Source: Chloroflexota bacterium | GTDB taxonomy: Bacteria > Chloroflexota > UBA11872 > VXOZ01 | Assembly (NCBI GenBank): GCA_965221905.1 | Contig: OZ244922.1 | Location: 1,216,001 to 1,280,000, forward strand | Length of the DNA: 64,000 bases | Direction of reading: 5' to 3' | Shown: positions 18,774 through 28,937 of the stretch, one piece after another | How the letters are laid out: each line of letters starts with the position of its first letter | Numbering within the stretch: position 1 is the stretch's first letter | Translations under genes and position numbers: made by a program | Notes under the pieces: generated by a model | Databases searched by the model: none | Seen by the model: only the letters and a program-made list of their open reading frames with translations | Told to the model about the DNA's origin: nothing

Positions 18774-19631
18774 ATGGGTACGATTGCCATCGTTACTGAT
18801 AGCACGAGCGACCTCGATCCCACAATTGCCGCCGAGCAGCACATCACCGTTGTGCCGGCGCACGTGCGTTTTGGCGAAATCGACTATAAAGACGGCGTGG
18901 ACATCACGGTCGAGCAATTCTTTGCCATGCTGTCGGAAGCACAGGAATTGCCACAGACCTCGCAGCCCTCGGCAGGGGAATTTGTCGAAGTCTACCAACG
19001 ACTGGCTCAGGACCACGACCACATCGTCTCACTCCACATGTCCGGCAAGCTGAGCGGCACCGTTCAGTCAGCGCTGACAGCTTCGCAACAGTTGCAGGGA
19101 GAGTCTTCCTGCAAGATTCATGTCGTTGACACCAGCTCAGCTTCAATGGGGGTAGCCTACATGGCGCGCGAAGCGGCGCGGCTGGCGGCTGAGGACGTAG
19201 AAGTTGATCGCATCGTGAATCATATTAAGTACGTCGCAGACCTCATGCACGTCGCCTTTACGCCCGAAACGTTGGATTACTTGCGGCGGGGCGGCCGCCT
19301 CGGCGCGGCTTCACACTTGGTGGGTTCGCTGCTCCGCATCAAACCGGTTTTGATCCTCAAGGATGGCGCCGTCGACATTCTTGACCGGGTGCGCACACGC
19401 ACACGCGTTATCGAGCGCATCGTTAGCTATGTGGAATCCGTTGCCGGCCCTGAGGGAACACTCACCTACTTGGGCGTGATGCATGCGAATGAACCGGGAT
19501 TCGCGGCTGAGCTGCAAGAGGCGATTTTGAGCCGTGTCTCTGCACAAAGCGTCATGAATGGCTCAATCGGCCCGGCGATCGGCACACACGCGGGGCCGGG
19601 CTCTGTAGGCGTATCTTTTTATAAGGAGTAG
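18774..19631 (+). CDS. DegV family fatty-acid-binding protein
   Basis: IVTDSTSDL, TSQPS, LSGT, YLRRGGR, IKP.L, THAGPG. Confidence 0.95.
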   Translation: MGTIAIVTDSTSDLDPTIAAEQHITVVPAHVRFGEIDYKDGVDITVEQFFAMLSEAQELPQTSQPSAGEFVEVYQRLAQDHDHIVSLHMSGKLSGTVQSALTASQQLQGESSCKIHVVDTSSASMGVAYMAREAARLAAEDVEVDRIVNHIKYVADLMHVAFTPETLDYLRRGGRLGAASHLVGSLLRIKPVLILKDGAVDILDRVRTRTRVIERIVSYVESVAGPEGTLTYLGVMHANEPGFAAELQEAILSRVSAQSVMNGSIGPAIGTHAGPGSVGVSFYKE

Positions 19632-19639
19632 TCGAGTCC

Positions 19640-20998
19640 ATGCGCGAGCGCATAGAAGACGCGTTGAGAAAACACAGTGCGGACTTCGTGGAGATCCGCA
19701 TTGAAGAGACACAGTCTACCAGTATTACCTACCGGGGCCAGGACTTGGAAGAGGTGGGCACGACCACGCAGCTTGGCGGCTGTGTGCGCGCGGTAGTAAA
19801 CGGCGGATGGGGTTTCGTCTCATTCAATCGAATCGCCGATTTGCGCGAGAAGGTGGATCAGGCCGTCAGTCAAGCACGCCTGGTAGGCAGCGAGAAGACC
19901 GCAATGGTGGACGTGCCGCCGGTTCAAGACGTAGTGAGCGTCTCCATGCAACGCGACCCGCGCGATGTACCCCTGGCGGAGAAGAAACACCTCATGGACT
20001 CCTATGTTGAGGAGATTTGGCGAACGCCGAAGATCCAGACATCCACGGTGGGCTACGGCGACGGCTTCCGCAAGCAATACTACGGCAACTCGACGGGAAC
20101 CTATATCGAGCAGGAGCGGGGGCGAGTGACCGCCCATTTCGGCGTCGTGGCGCGCGACAATGGAAACGTGCAACAAGCGCGGGCGGGCTTTGCAAGCAGC
20201 GACGACTACAGCGTAGTTGAAGATAACCATGAGGCAGTGCGCGAGGCCGCCGCGAAGGCCGTTGGCATGCTTGACGCGCAACCGCCGAAGGGCGGCGAAT
20301 TCATGGTAATACTGGATTCCACGCTAGCGGGGGTCTTTGCGCACGAAGCATTCGGGCACTTGTCTGAAGCCGACCACGTGTATGAGAACGATAAGCTCAA
20401 AGAAATCATGGTCTTGGGCCGTACCTTTGGCGACAAGCACCTTAACATCATCGATAGCGGCCAGGTGCCCGGTCTTACCGGCTCTTTTGCTTACGATGAC
20501 GAGGGCGTGCCCACGGGCAAGCAGTACTTGATACGGGAAGGCGAGCTCGTGGGGCGGCTGCACTCGCGGGAAACGGCGGGCAAGATGAATGAAGCGCCCA
20601 CCGGCAACGCGCGCGCCCAGAGCTACCGCGTGCCGCCGCTGGTGCGCATGCGCAATACCGCCATCGAGCCGGGCGAGACCCCGTTTGAAGAGATGCTGGC
20701 AGAGGTGAAGGATGGCGTCTATTGCAAGAATTGGTACGGCGGCCAGACAAGCATGGAAATGTTCACGTTTTCCTGTATGGAAGCCTATGCCATTCGCGAC
20801 GGCAAGCTGGCCGAGCCGCTGCGCGGCGTGAACCTATCGGGTAATGTCTTTACTACCTTGGAAAATATCATTGCCGTCGGCAACGACTTTGCTTGGGACC
20901 CGGCAGGCGGTACTTGCGGCAAAGGGGGACAATCGGCGCCGGTTGGCGACGGCAGCCCCCACGTACTGATTAGCAAGTGCTTGGTGGGAGGTCAGTAG
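19640..20998 (+). CDS. tldD: TldD metalloprotease subunit
   Basis: HEAFGH, YDDEG, TGNARA..Y...P.VRM.N, CGK.GQ..PV..GSP. Confidence 0.92.
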   Translation: MRERIEDALRKHSADFVEIRIEETQSTSITYRGQDLEEVGTTTQLGGCVRAVVNGGWGFVSFNRIADLREKVDQAVSQARLVGSEKTAMVDVPPVQDVVSVSMQRDPRDVPLAEKKHLMDSYVEEIWRTPKIQTSTVGYGDGFRKQYYGNSTGTYIEQERGRVTAHFGVVARDNGNVQQARAGFASSDDYSVVEDNHEAVREAAAKAVGMLDAQPPKGGEFMVILDSTLAGVFAHEAFGHLSEADHVYENDKLKEIMVLGRTFGDKHLNIIDSGQVPGLTGSFAYDDEGVPTGKQYLIREGELVGRLHSRETAGKMNEAPTGNARAQSYRVPPLVRMRNTAIEPGETPFEEMLAEVKDGVYCKNWYGGQTSMEMFTFSCMEAYAIRDGKLAEPLRGVNLSGNVFTTLENIIAVGNDFAWDPAGGTCGKGGQSAPVGDGSPHVLISKCLVGGQ

Positions 20999-21002
20999 TA
21001 GC

Positions 21003-22325
21003 ATGTTTGAAGAACTACTGGAAAAGGCCAAGAAGACCGCCGAGGTGGCGGAGGTGCTCTACCATGAGTCGACCGAACTCCCTATCTCATTTGAAGCCAA
21101 TCGCATGAAGTCCATTAACGCTCGCGAGTCGAGCGGCATGGCGTTGCGCATAATCAAGAATGGGCGCATAGGACTTGGTTATTCGACCAAGTTGAGCGAG
21201 CCGGGCGATCTGGATGCGCTGGTGGAGAGCGCAGTTGAGTCCGCGCAATTCGGCGCCCACGCGCAATTCACGCTTCCCAGTACCTACACTACGAACGGTG
21301 TCGCAATCTACGATCCGGCAGTGGAGGCGCTTGCGCTGGAGGACCTCGTGGCGCTCGGCACCGAGGCGCTCGAGCTGTTGCGCAGCCACGACGACGAGTT
21401 CTTGTGCGAGGTGGGCGCGACGAAACGCATCTCGCGTGTCCGGTTGCTGAATTCCCATGGTGGCGGCACCGACTACCAAAAGTCGGTGGTGTCTTTGGGG
21501 GCAAGTATCAATTTGACACGGGGTGAAGACATTCTGGACGTCTGGCACTATGCCCTCTCATGCAAGGCCGGGGTTGACCCCCAGGCTGTGGCGCAGCGCA
21601 TTATTCAGCGGGTCGAGGCCGCACGTAACCACGCGGCCGTGACTACCAAGCACATGCCGGTGCTCTTCACACCGCAAGGACTCGGTAATACGCTCATGCA
21701 GCCGCTGAGGCAGGCGTTCAGTGGAAAAACCGTGCTACAGGGCGCGTCACCCTTGAGCGAGCGTTTGGGAGAGCAGGTGTTCGACGAGAAGCTAAGTGTC
21801 TATGACGACGGCACGATCGATCACGCCGTTGGCTCCTCGCCAACCGACGACGAAGGCATTCCGTTGCGGCGTACTCCGCTCGTTGAAAACGGCTACGTAC
21901 GCACCTTCATCTACGACTTGCAGACCGCCGGGCTAGCCGGCGCTGAGCCGACCGGCAATGGCGAACGTTCGCCAAATTCGTTGCCGGCCCCCGGCTATCA
22001 CAACGTGGTGGTCGAGCCCGGTGACGGTGGGAGTCTTGAGGACCTTATTGGTGGAGTCGACGAGGGCATTCTCGTTGAATACACTATGGGCGCTTCGATG
22101 GGGAATCTCTTTTCGGGTGACTTCTCCGGCAACGTGCACTTGGGCTATAAGATCGAGAAAGGCAAGCTGGCGGGCCGCGTGAAGGATACGATGGTGGCAG
22201 GCAACTCCTTCGAGGCGCTCAAGAACATCGCTGCTATTGGCAGCGAACCGGAGTGGGTCGGCGGCAGCTTCTACGCGCCTCCGATCCTGGTGGCGGACTT
22301 GAGCGTAAGCACCCGTGAGGGTTGA
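21003..22325 (+). CDS. pmbA: PmbA/TldE subunit
   Basis: DDEG, SGDFSG, G.VKDTMVAGN; lacks HExxH; follows tldD. Confidence 0.88.
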   Translation: MFEELLEKAKKTAEVAEVLYHESTELPISFEANRMKSINARESSGMALRIIKNGRIGLGYSTKLSEPGDLDALVESAVESAQFGAHAQFTLPSTYTTNGVAIYDPAVEALALEDLVALGTEALELLRSHDDEFLCEVGATKRISRVRLLNSHGGGTDYQKSVVSLGASINLTRGEDILDVWHYALSCKAGVDPQAVAQRIIQRVEAARNHAAVTTKHMPVLFTPQGLGNTLMQPLRQAFSGKTVLQGASPLSERLGEQVFDEKLSVYDDGTIDHAVGSSPTDDEGIPLRRTPLVENGYVRTFIYDLQTAGLAGAEPTGNGERSPNSLPAPGYHNVVVEPGDGGSLEDLIGGVDEGILVEYTMGASMGNLFSGDFSGNVHLGYKIEKGKLAGRVKDTMVAGNSFEALKNIAAIGSEPEWVGGSFYAPPILVADLSVSTREG

Positions 22326-22389
22326 GCGCTCGACCGCAGTTAACACAGTGTCTCCCTTGCTCTCTTGCCTTCTTGGGATTGCGCCGTAG

Positions 22390-22482
22390 CATGGGGGGCT
22401 TGTCCCCCACTTCTTGGAGCGAAAGGACACAGTCGCTGAGTTTCTGCGCTATTACTTGACCGACACAGGGATCGAGCCATGA
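22390..22482 (+). pseudogene. probable degenerate hicA 3' remnant
   Basis: ...PHFLERKDTVAEFLRYYLTDTGIEP* ending in ATGA overlap with hicB; frame closed by TAG at 22387. Confidence 0.35.
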
Positions 22483-22805
22483 TGAAGTACAAAGGATACA
22501 GCGCGGCTGTTTGCTTCGATTACGAGGCGGGTGTCTTTCAAGGTGAGGTGGTGGACACGCGCGACGCGATCGTCTTTGAAGGCGACTCCGTGGCGCAACT
22601 TGAAAGAGAGTTCCGGTTCTCCATAGACGACTACTTGGCTGCGTTTGCTGAGCGAGGCCGGACACCGGATCGACCGTTCTCAGGGCGGGTTCCGCTGCGT
22701 TTAGCGCCAGAGATTCATCGCGCAGCTACGACCGCAGCGCGGGCAGAAGGCAAGAGTCTCAATGCTTGGCTGGCCGAAACTATTGAAAGGGCGGCATCGG
22801 GCTAA
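22479..22805 (+). CDS. hicB: HicB family antitoxin
   Basis: MKYKGY.A.V.FD...F.GEV, F..SIDDYL, P.RPFSGR..LRL.PE.H, GKSLNAW. Confidence 0.9.
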   Translation: MMKYKGYSAAVCFDYEAGVFQGEVVDTRDAIVFEGDSVAQLEREFRFSIDDYLAAFAERGRTPDRPFSGRVPLRLAPEIHRAATTAARAEGKSLNAWLAETIERAASG

Positions 22806-22871
22806 TAATTTTTGTCTGCCTACATGAAGCGATGTAGGCGGTTTCACGGATCTATGCAGGAGACGCATCCG

Positions 22872-23717
22872 ATGGCGGCAGATAGCACAGGGGACGAACG
22901 GCGCAGCGAGTTTCTCGACGAGCTCTTCGGTCTCAGCGGCGAAGTGGCGGTCGTAGGCGGCGGCACGGGTATTTTGGGCGGTGTGATCGCAGAGTACCTC
23001 GGCGCTTCCGGCGCAAAGGTCGCGGTGCTGGGTCGCAATCAGGAACAGGGCCAGCGCCGCGTGGAGACGATAACTGCCTCCGGTGGCGAGGCAATCTTTG
23101 TGTCCTACGTCGCTACCGATGCCGATTCGGTTGCGCAAGCGCATGCGCAGGTGCGGGAGGCGTTTGGCGCGGTTACGGTGGCAGTGAATGCGGTTGGCGG
23201 CAACCACCCATCGGCGGTCGTCAGCGCAGACCAGGCGTTTGAGGAGCTTGGCTTGGAAGCCGTGCGCGACAATCTCGATCTCAATCTGACGTCGGCGTGG
23301 CTCGCCTGCCAGGAATTCGGGCCGGCGATGCTCGCGAACGGACGCGGCAGTGTCATAAATATCGGCTCGATGGCGGGAGGAGAACGTCCGCTCTCGCGCG
23401 TACCGGTCTACGCCATTGCCAAGTCCGGGGTGGCAACCCTCACGAACTTCCTGGCGCGAGAGTGGCAGGGAATTGTGCGGGTTAACATGATCGTTCCCGG
23501 TTTCTTCGAGACGACGCAGAATCGTTCTTTGCTCCGCAACTCGGACGGCAGCCTCAGCGAACGGGGCGAACAGATTGTCGCGCACACGCCTATGGGCCGT
23601 TTTGGCGAACCCTCTGAGCTTGGCGGCGCGGCGGTCTATCTTGCTTCCAACGCCAGCGCCTTTACCACGGGCTTGGCATTCGTGATTGACGGCGGTTTCT
23701 CGGTGCAGTCGATCTGA
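22872..23717 (+). CDS. SDR oxidoreductase (mannonate/gluconate dehydrogenase-like)
   Basis: GGTGILG, PLSRV..YAIAKS, HTPMGRFGEP.EL, IDGGF. Confidence 0.88.
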   Translation: MAADSTGDERRSEFLDELFGLSGEVAVVGGGTGILGGVIAEYLGASGAKVAVLGRNQEQGQRRVETITASGGEAIFVSYVATDADSVAQAHAQVREAFGAVTVAVNAVGGNHPSAVVSADQAFEELGLEAVRDNLDLNLTSAWLACQEFGPAMLANGRGSVINIGSMAGGERPLSRVPVYAIAKSGVATLTNFLAREWQGIVRVNMIVPGFFETTQNRSLLRNSDGSLSERGEQIVAHTPMGRFGEPSELGGAAVYLASNASAFTTGLAFVIDGGFSVQSI

Positions 23718-23864
23718 GGCACTGCGCCGCCCGGATGAAACGTGCACTAGGATGGCGCCGTTCGGGTAGGGTGGAGACGAATCTGGGAGAGGCATGTGCC
23801 ATTAGACGGATGTATTTGGGCGCAATGGAGGCTGCGGAATCTATCTGGCACAGCGGACTGCGCA

Positions 23865-23894
23865 TTGACGACAGTTTTCCCGCTTGCCTATAAT
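23865..23894 (+). promoter_or_regulatory. sigma70-type promoter of tRNA-Leu
   Basis: TTGACG-N18-TATAAT. Confidence 0.7.
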
Positions 23895-23915
23895 CAAGGT
23901 GAAGAAGCAATACAT

Positions 23916-24000
23916 GCCGAAGTGGCGGAATTGGAAGACGCGCTAGCTTGAGGGGCTAGTGGGCTTTACGCTCGTAAGGGTTCGAATCCCTTCTTCGGTA
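23916..24000 (+). tRNA. tRNA-Leu (GAG), CCA not encoded
   Basis: GCCGAAG/CTTCGGT acceptor stem, CTAGC-TTGAGGG-GCTAG anticodon arm, long variable arm, GGTTCGAATCC. Confidence 0.96.
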
Positions 24001-24082
24001 CCTTTTCGTGAACGTTTGGAGAACCTCCGTCGCGCAGGTCACAGACGGATGCCTGGCGAACCCCGTAGACTAGCCCGCCGGT

Positions 24083-24793
24083 TCAGAGCGCTGTGAAGAG
24101 CAAGCGGCCGCAACTGTCGCAATAGACAGCTTCCTGATTTTGTTGCGCGCGGCGCAGTTGGGTGTCTGGGAGCGCAATGTGACAGAGGGTACAGCGGCCC
24201 TGGGAAACGGGCACGAGTACTTGGCCGCCTAGGCGTGCCCGCAGCGATTCGTACGGCGTGACCAGAACTCGGTCGTTCTGAGCCGCGAGTGCGGCACGTT
24301 CCTCTTCCCGCAGTGGGATTTCCACCGCTAGCTCTTGCAGCCGCGCGCCGTGTACTTTCTGCATCGCGGCAAACGTCGTTTCGAGGGAATCGAGACGGTC
24401 TTGCTGCTCGTCCCGCGCTGCTTCCGTTTCTTCAGCCGCTACCATGGCTTGAAGCGCGCGCTCTTCACGTACGGCGCGTTGCTGCATGAGCTGCGCAATG
24501 TCCGCCTGCAGTGCCTCAAGCTCCCGTGAGTTCACGACGCTTCCGCTATAGAGATGCTTCGACTTCCGTTCTACTTCGGCGGTAATGGTGGCTAACGCAA
24601 GTTCGGCATCGCGGAGGGTGGCGCTTGCTTGCTCATGCGCTTTCGTCAGCACGGCTTGCGTGCGGCGCGCCTCTTCAATCTCACCGTGATCGGCGAGAGC
24701 GGCTTCAAGTTGCACGACCTCGGCGCGGAGAGCGTCCAACTGCAGGTCGATTACCTGCAATTCCTGTAATCGCCCAAATGCAAGGGTAGGCAT
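24083..24793 (-). CDS. coiled-coil + C4 zinc-ribbon protein (DUF164/CT398-like)
   Basis: LQELQ.ID, long coiled coil, CxxC...CxxCGRLL. Confidence 0.85.
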   Translation of the reverse strand: MPTLAFGRLQELQVIDLQLDALRAEVVQLEAALADHGEIEEARRTQAVLTKAHEQASATLRDAELALATITAEVERKSKHLYSGSVVNSRELEALQADIAQLMQQRAVREERALQAMVAAEETEAARDEQQDRLDSLETTFAAMQKVHGARLQELAVEIPLREEERAALAAQNDRVLVTPYESLRARLGGQVLVPVSQGRCTLCHIALPDTQLRRAQQNQEAVYCDSCGRLLFTAL

Positions 24794-25223
24794 CACGAGG
24801 GACCTCTGCAGAAAACTCAGCTTTCCTGCCATTATACAATTCTCAACCCCGATGGAATATGCTATGCTCTCATGCAGTAGAGGCGGCTTGGCTGTTCCGT
24901 TGCTGTCCTTATGGTGTGCTGAGTTCTGCGGAACCCTCCCTCGTGAAGGAAACTGGACGGGACGGCAGTGTGGAAGCACGCAGGTAAGTGCGCCCGGCGG
25001 TGCTTAAGTGGAAAAGGCAAGAAAGAAGCCAGTGGCACAATTGGCGTTTCGTCGGTTGTGCGTGGATGAAGTCTCCTGCTCGCTATGGGCGTAGCTGGGC
25101 GACTTGTGATTATCTCATTGTTGACATACTATTGGTATACGAAGCTCAGCGCGTTGAGACACTAGTGTGTAGGAAATTGCACATTGTGTTCGCAGCGCTG
25201 CACTTGAGAAAACAGGAGGGACC

Positions 25224-26150
25224 ATGAGGCGGCTGAAGATTCCATTCATTTACCGGGTTGCGATCCTAAGTTTTCTTCTGCTCATCGCAGGGGCGGCCTG
25301 TGGAATTGATGAAGTTCTTGAAGTAGATGAAACGCCCATTTCTGCCAACCCAAGCCTGGTGGCCACGGCGCAGGCCCGCGCGATTACCGAGGCGGAAGAG
25401 AGCCGGCGCGACCTACCACTGCGCATGGAAGTAGCTGAGGAAGCGGGCAATGCCGAGATCGGCGTGGCGCTAAACTCTCACAAAGGCTCGGTCTTCGTGA
25501 ACGGTCGCCGCATGCCGCAGCCCTCGACTTTTGGGGGCAATATCTTTGTGGTGTGGGTAGGCACGGAAAGAGGTGGGACCATTGAGTATGAGAATGGCGG
25601 AGCGCTCATTGCCGATGTTTCGCGTATCGCTACTCTGTGGACCTACACCACCTTCGACACGGTCAAAGCATTGTATGTGACTGCTGAAGAGCATGCCTTG
25701 GTGGAGAATCCATCGGTTGCTATAGAGGATGCGCCTCTCTGGCTCATCTTGTCGCGATCGATTCTCATGCGGCCTGGCAGGATCTTTCAATTGCAGCCAA
25801 CGGAACTTGGTGGTGACGTAAATACAGTCGTGCGCATAGGAGTTAATGGGGGCGTCTCAATTACATTTGCCGGGCTCAAGCAGCCGCGCGAGTATGGTGA
25901 CAAATTCCTATTGTTTTGGGTCCTGGATACGCTGAGCGATGAACCGATAACTTACAATGGCTCCTGGCTCACAGTGACGCCGAATGGCGATTCCCAGATA
26001 GTAATGCCATCCCCGCCCGAAACTAAGGGCATGCGGCAATATAATCGCTTGCTCATTACCGCCGAAAACCTCACGGACGTGAGGTCACCCAATAGTCGGC
26101 TTGTCATATTCACACTGGACAGCGAAATTCCGTTCTGGGAGACCGTCTAG
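25224..26150 (+). CDS. hypothetical lipoprotein with two repeated domains
   Basis: AGGAGG SD, lipobox-like GAAC, internal duplication. Confidence 0.7.
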   Translation: MRRLKIPFIYRVAILSFLLLIAGAACGIDEVLEVDETPISANPSLVATAQARAITEAEESRRDLPLRMEVAEEAGNAEIGVALNSHKGSVFVNGRRMPQPSTFGGNIFVVWVGTERGGTIEYENGGALIADVSRIATLWTYTTFDTVKALYVTAEEHALVENPSVAIEDAPLWLILSRSILMRPGRIFQLQPTELGGDVNTVVRIGVNGGVSITFAGLKQPREYGDKFLLFWVLDTLSDEPITYNGSWLTVTPNGDSQIVMPSPPETKGMRQYNRLLITAENLTDVRSPNSRLVIFTLDSEIPFWETV

Positions 26151-26306
26151 GCAGTTCGCTACCACGGCAGTGCATCGGGCGTATGCGATTGAATTTGCGG
26201 GCCCCTCGGTCTGTTAGTGGTGCAACTGGGGTCGGCAACTAAGAGGAATCACGCGTGTTCTGCGGCTAGGTAGCGGCAGAGAGTTTAGGTGCATCGAGGA
26301 AAACCT

Positions 26307-27569
26307 ATGGCATCGCTTCCCCGTATGGTTCACGTACGTCAGCGGTTCGCTACGGAACAGATTGAGAACCTCCAAGCTGCAATTCACGCCGAGCTAACGC
26401 GCGTGGGTTTGGGGAAGGTTGTGCGTCCCGGTATGGAGGTTGCCATTACAGCCGGCAGCCGGGGCATCAGCCGTATTCCGGAGATAATTCGTACGGTCGC
26501 GGATGCTGTGAAAGCGGCGGGCGCTGCGCCTTTTATCGTGCCGGCCATGGGCAGTCATGGCGGCGCCGTGGCGGAAGGGCAAGCCTCGGTATTGCGCGAC
26601 TACGGCATCACTGAGGAGTCAACCGGCGCGCCCGTACGCGCCACGATGGAGGTGGCGAACCTCGGTACGACGGCCAATGGGGCAACGGTATTCTTCGATC
26701 AGAATGCCTACAATGCAGATGCAGTCATTGTGGTGGCTCGCGTAAAGCCCCATACGAGTTTCCGCGGCCCGGTGGAGAGCGGCCTCTGCAAGATGATTGC
26801 AGTGGGTCTGGGCAAGCAGAAGGGCGCGGAGCAAATGCACGCCCACGACTTGGCTGAGACCATTCCCCAGTCCGCGGCGATTGCAATCGAAAAGTCGAAT
26901 ATCGTGCTGGGTCTTGGCGTAGTCGAGAATGGGTACGACCAACCCCACACGGTGCGAGCGGCCCAGGCCGAAGATATCTACGAGACCGATAGAGAACTGC
27001 AGACACTGTCGAAGACGCTGCTGCCCCGCGTGCCGTTTGAAGAGCTCGACCTTCTCATTGTGGACGTGATGGGGAAGAATATCTCCGGCGCGGGGATGGA
27101 CCCAAATATCATTGGGCTCAACCGCGGCATGACGATGGACCGGCATCCCAACTACAAGCGCGTGCTCGTACGCGACCTGACGCCGGAATCACACGGCAAC
27201 GCGGTGGGCATCGGCCACGCGGACTTCGTGACGAAGCGCCTGGCCGACAAGATCAACTACTACGACCTTTACATGAACGCCCTCACGGCCAACAACCCGT
27301 CCGTAGCCAAGATTCCCATCACACTGGAAACGGACCAGATTGCAATTGAGACGGCCTTCAAGTCTGCCTGTACCGACGTAGCTGCCCCCCGTGTGGTGCG
27401 CATCTACAGCACACTCCACTTGGAGTATCTCCTCTTTTCCGAGGCGCTCATACCGGCTGCGGAGGAAAATCCTGCACTGGAGATTCTCGACGTTCCTTAT
27501 GCATGGGACTTCGACGCCAGAGGCAATCTGCTGGAAGACGGACTGCTCCACCAACCGCAGAGCGCTTGA
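26307..27569 (+). CDS. lactate racemase N-terminal-like (DUF2088/DUF362) protein
   Basis: AITAGSRGI, PAMGSHGG, RVKPHT.F, ESGL.KM, GKNISG.GMDPN, SHGNA.G.G. Confidence 0.85.
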   Translation: MASLPRMVHVRQRFATEQIENLQAAIHAELTRVGLGKVVRPGMEVAITAGSRGISRIPEIIRTVADAVKAAGAAPFIVPAMGSHGGAVAEGQASVLRDYGITEESTGAPVRATMEVANLGTTANGATVFFDQNAYNADAVIVVARVKPHTSFRGPVESGLCKMIAVGLGKQKGAEQMHAHDLAETIPQSAAIAIEKSNIVLGLGVVENGYDQPHTVRAAQAEDIYETDRELQTLSKTLLPRVPFEELDLLIVDVMGKNISGAGMDPNIIGLNRGMTMDRHPNYKRVLVRDLTPESHGNAVGIGHADFVTKRLADKINYYDLYMNALTANNPSVAKIPITLETDQIAIETAFKSACTDVAAPRVVRIYSTLHLEYLLFSEALIPAAEENPALEILDVPYAWDFDARGNLLEDGLLHQPQSA

Positions 27570-27755
27570 CCTTCGTTGGCAGTCGATTTGCGATTGAGGT
27601 CTAATTCGGTTCTTCGGCAGTTGCCCATCCTAACGTTGCTAAGTCAATGGTGCCGGTCTGACTGCTCACACTCTGTGCCCAGTGCTACCTGCTATAGCAA
27701 TTCCGGTACGGAATTAGCAAGAATGTGCTCACCTGCTTCGTTGCGTTGAAGTATC

Positions 27756-27872
27756 TGTCATTCCGAGCGCAGCGAGGAATCTAGGGGCCATGCCGTGCAT
27801 AGTTTCATAGGCCTCAGCACTCTAGATTCCGCGCTCAGAGCGACACTGCGCTGCGCTCCGTTCGGAATGACA
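27756..27872. repeat. REP-like inverted repeat element
   Basis: TGTCATTCCGAGCGCAGCGAGGAATCTAG...CTAGATTCC...CGTTCGGAATGACA. Confidence 0.75.
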
Positions 27873-28002
27873 ACAGGGGTGCGCTCCGTTGGCCGTGCGT
27901 TATGTCTCACATGTCGCATAGCTAAAGCCTAGAAGTACAGTTTTCGTTTCGGTTTTCGGTTGAGGAATCGGTCGCCCGGCATGTTATACTGAAGATATAC
28001 AT

Positions 28003-28376
28003 GGGGATGAGTGGATTCGACAGGGTTGGGAGGCTTGTAACTGCGAGCCGAGGTGCTATCACCCTCGTTAAACAGGTAGCAACTTTTTTAAGTGCCAACA
28101 AGCACGATTTTGCTCTCGCAGCCTAAATAAAGCTGTGACGTCCATCTGCTCTTCCTCCGGTGAGCGCAGCGTGGGCGACCTAACAGCCGGGGTGCCGCAG
28201 TCCATGCGGATAGAATCCGCCGCCTTCGGGGATTGCGAAAGACAAATGGAGGCTAGTTTCCAGAGGTTTTCGTCCGCTCGTGATCTGGAAATGAACTTCA
28301 AAAGCTGACTACGCTCGTAGAGGTTGCAGGAAGAACAGCTTTGGACGGGGAGTTCGACCCTCCCCCATCTCCACCA
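28003..28376 (+). ncRNA. ssrA: tmRNA, tag (A)ANKHDFALAA
   Basis: GGGGATG...GATTCGAC 5' end, GTTCGAC...CATCTCCACCA 3' end, resume ORF 28094-28126; extended -10 TGTTATACT upstream. Confidence 0.97.
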
Positions 28377-28625
28377 TAGTCACAATTCACCGTGCGACCG
28401 CGCAGGAACCTTCCGGTGCGCGGCTTTGTGCGCATGCCAGCCCAAGTCCTCCAATCTGTTTCCTGGCTTTTTCTAGGTGAGAGGGGTGGGCGCAGGGGTG
28501 CTAGTCGCGGTGAGGTGTTTTCTGTGAGGCACAGGGCGAAGTACGCCGGTTTGTATGCTATAATGCCGTTGCGGAAGCGTATGTGATAGCCTTCTGCGAT
28601 TGGAGTAGAGAAAGAGAGCGATAAA

Positions 28626-28937
28626 GTGATTACGGTTACTGACACGGCGGCGGCTGAGTTGCAACGCCTTTTGGCGGGTAACGACATGGCTGATGCCAAG
28701 CTGCGCATCTTTGTGCAGAACGAGTGCGGCTGCGGCAAGGTGAACTTCGGCATGGGCTTCGACCAGCAAGTTGAAGATAACGATCAGGTGGTTGATTCGG
28801 CCGGTGTCGGCGTGGTGATGGACCAGCAGGCGTTCGCGGCGCTGGACGGCGCTTCGGTAGAGTATGTTAACGAGGGCGCGCGCCGCGGCTTCATGATAAG
28901 TGGTGTTGAGACCGGTGGCTGAGGCGGCGGCGAATAG
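28626..28937 (+). CDS. HesB/IscA family Fe-S carrier, probably with C-terminal Sec (otherwise ends at 28922)
   Basis: MITVTD.AA.EL, LRIFV..ECGCG..FGMGFD, L.GA.V.YV; TGA 28920-22 followed by GGGE-TAG and a SECIS-like hairpin. Confidence 0.85.

Noticed and set aside
22701-23795. Long antisense ORFs (also 49661-50659, 57153-58268, 60852-61907)
   Set aside because: Shadows of real genes on the opposite strand in high-GC DNA; no motifs
22323-27569. Other TGA-terminated genes (pmbA, SDR, LarA-like) as selenoproteins
   Set aside because: The proteins look complete and the TGA does not sit in a Cys-type motif
28377-28625. Integrated element at the tmRNA or tRNA-Leu 3' end
   Set aside because: No integrase and no duplicated att sequence seen; only terminator-like hairpins follow
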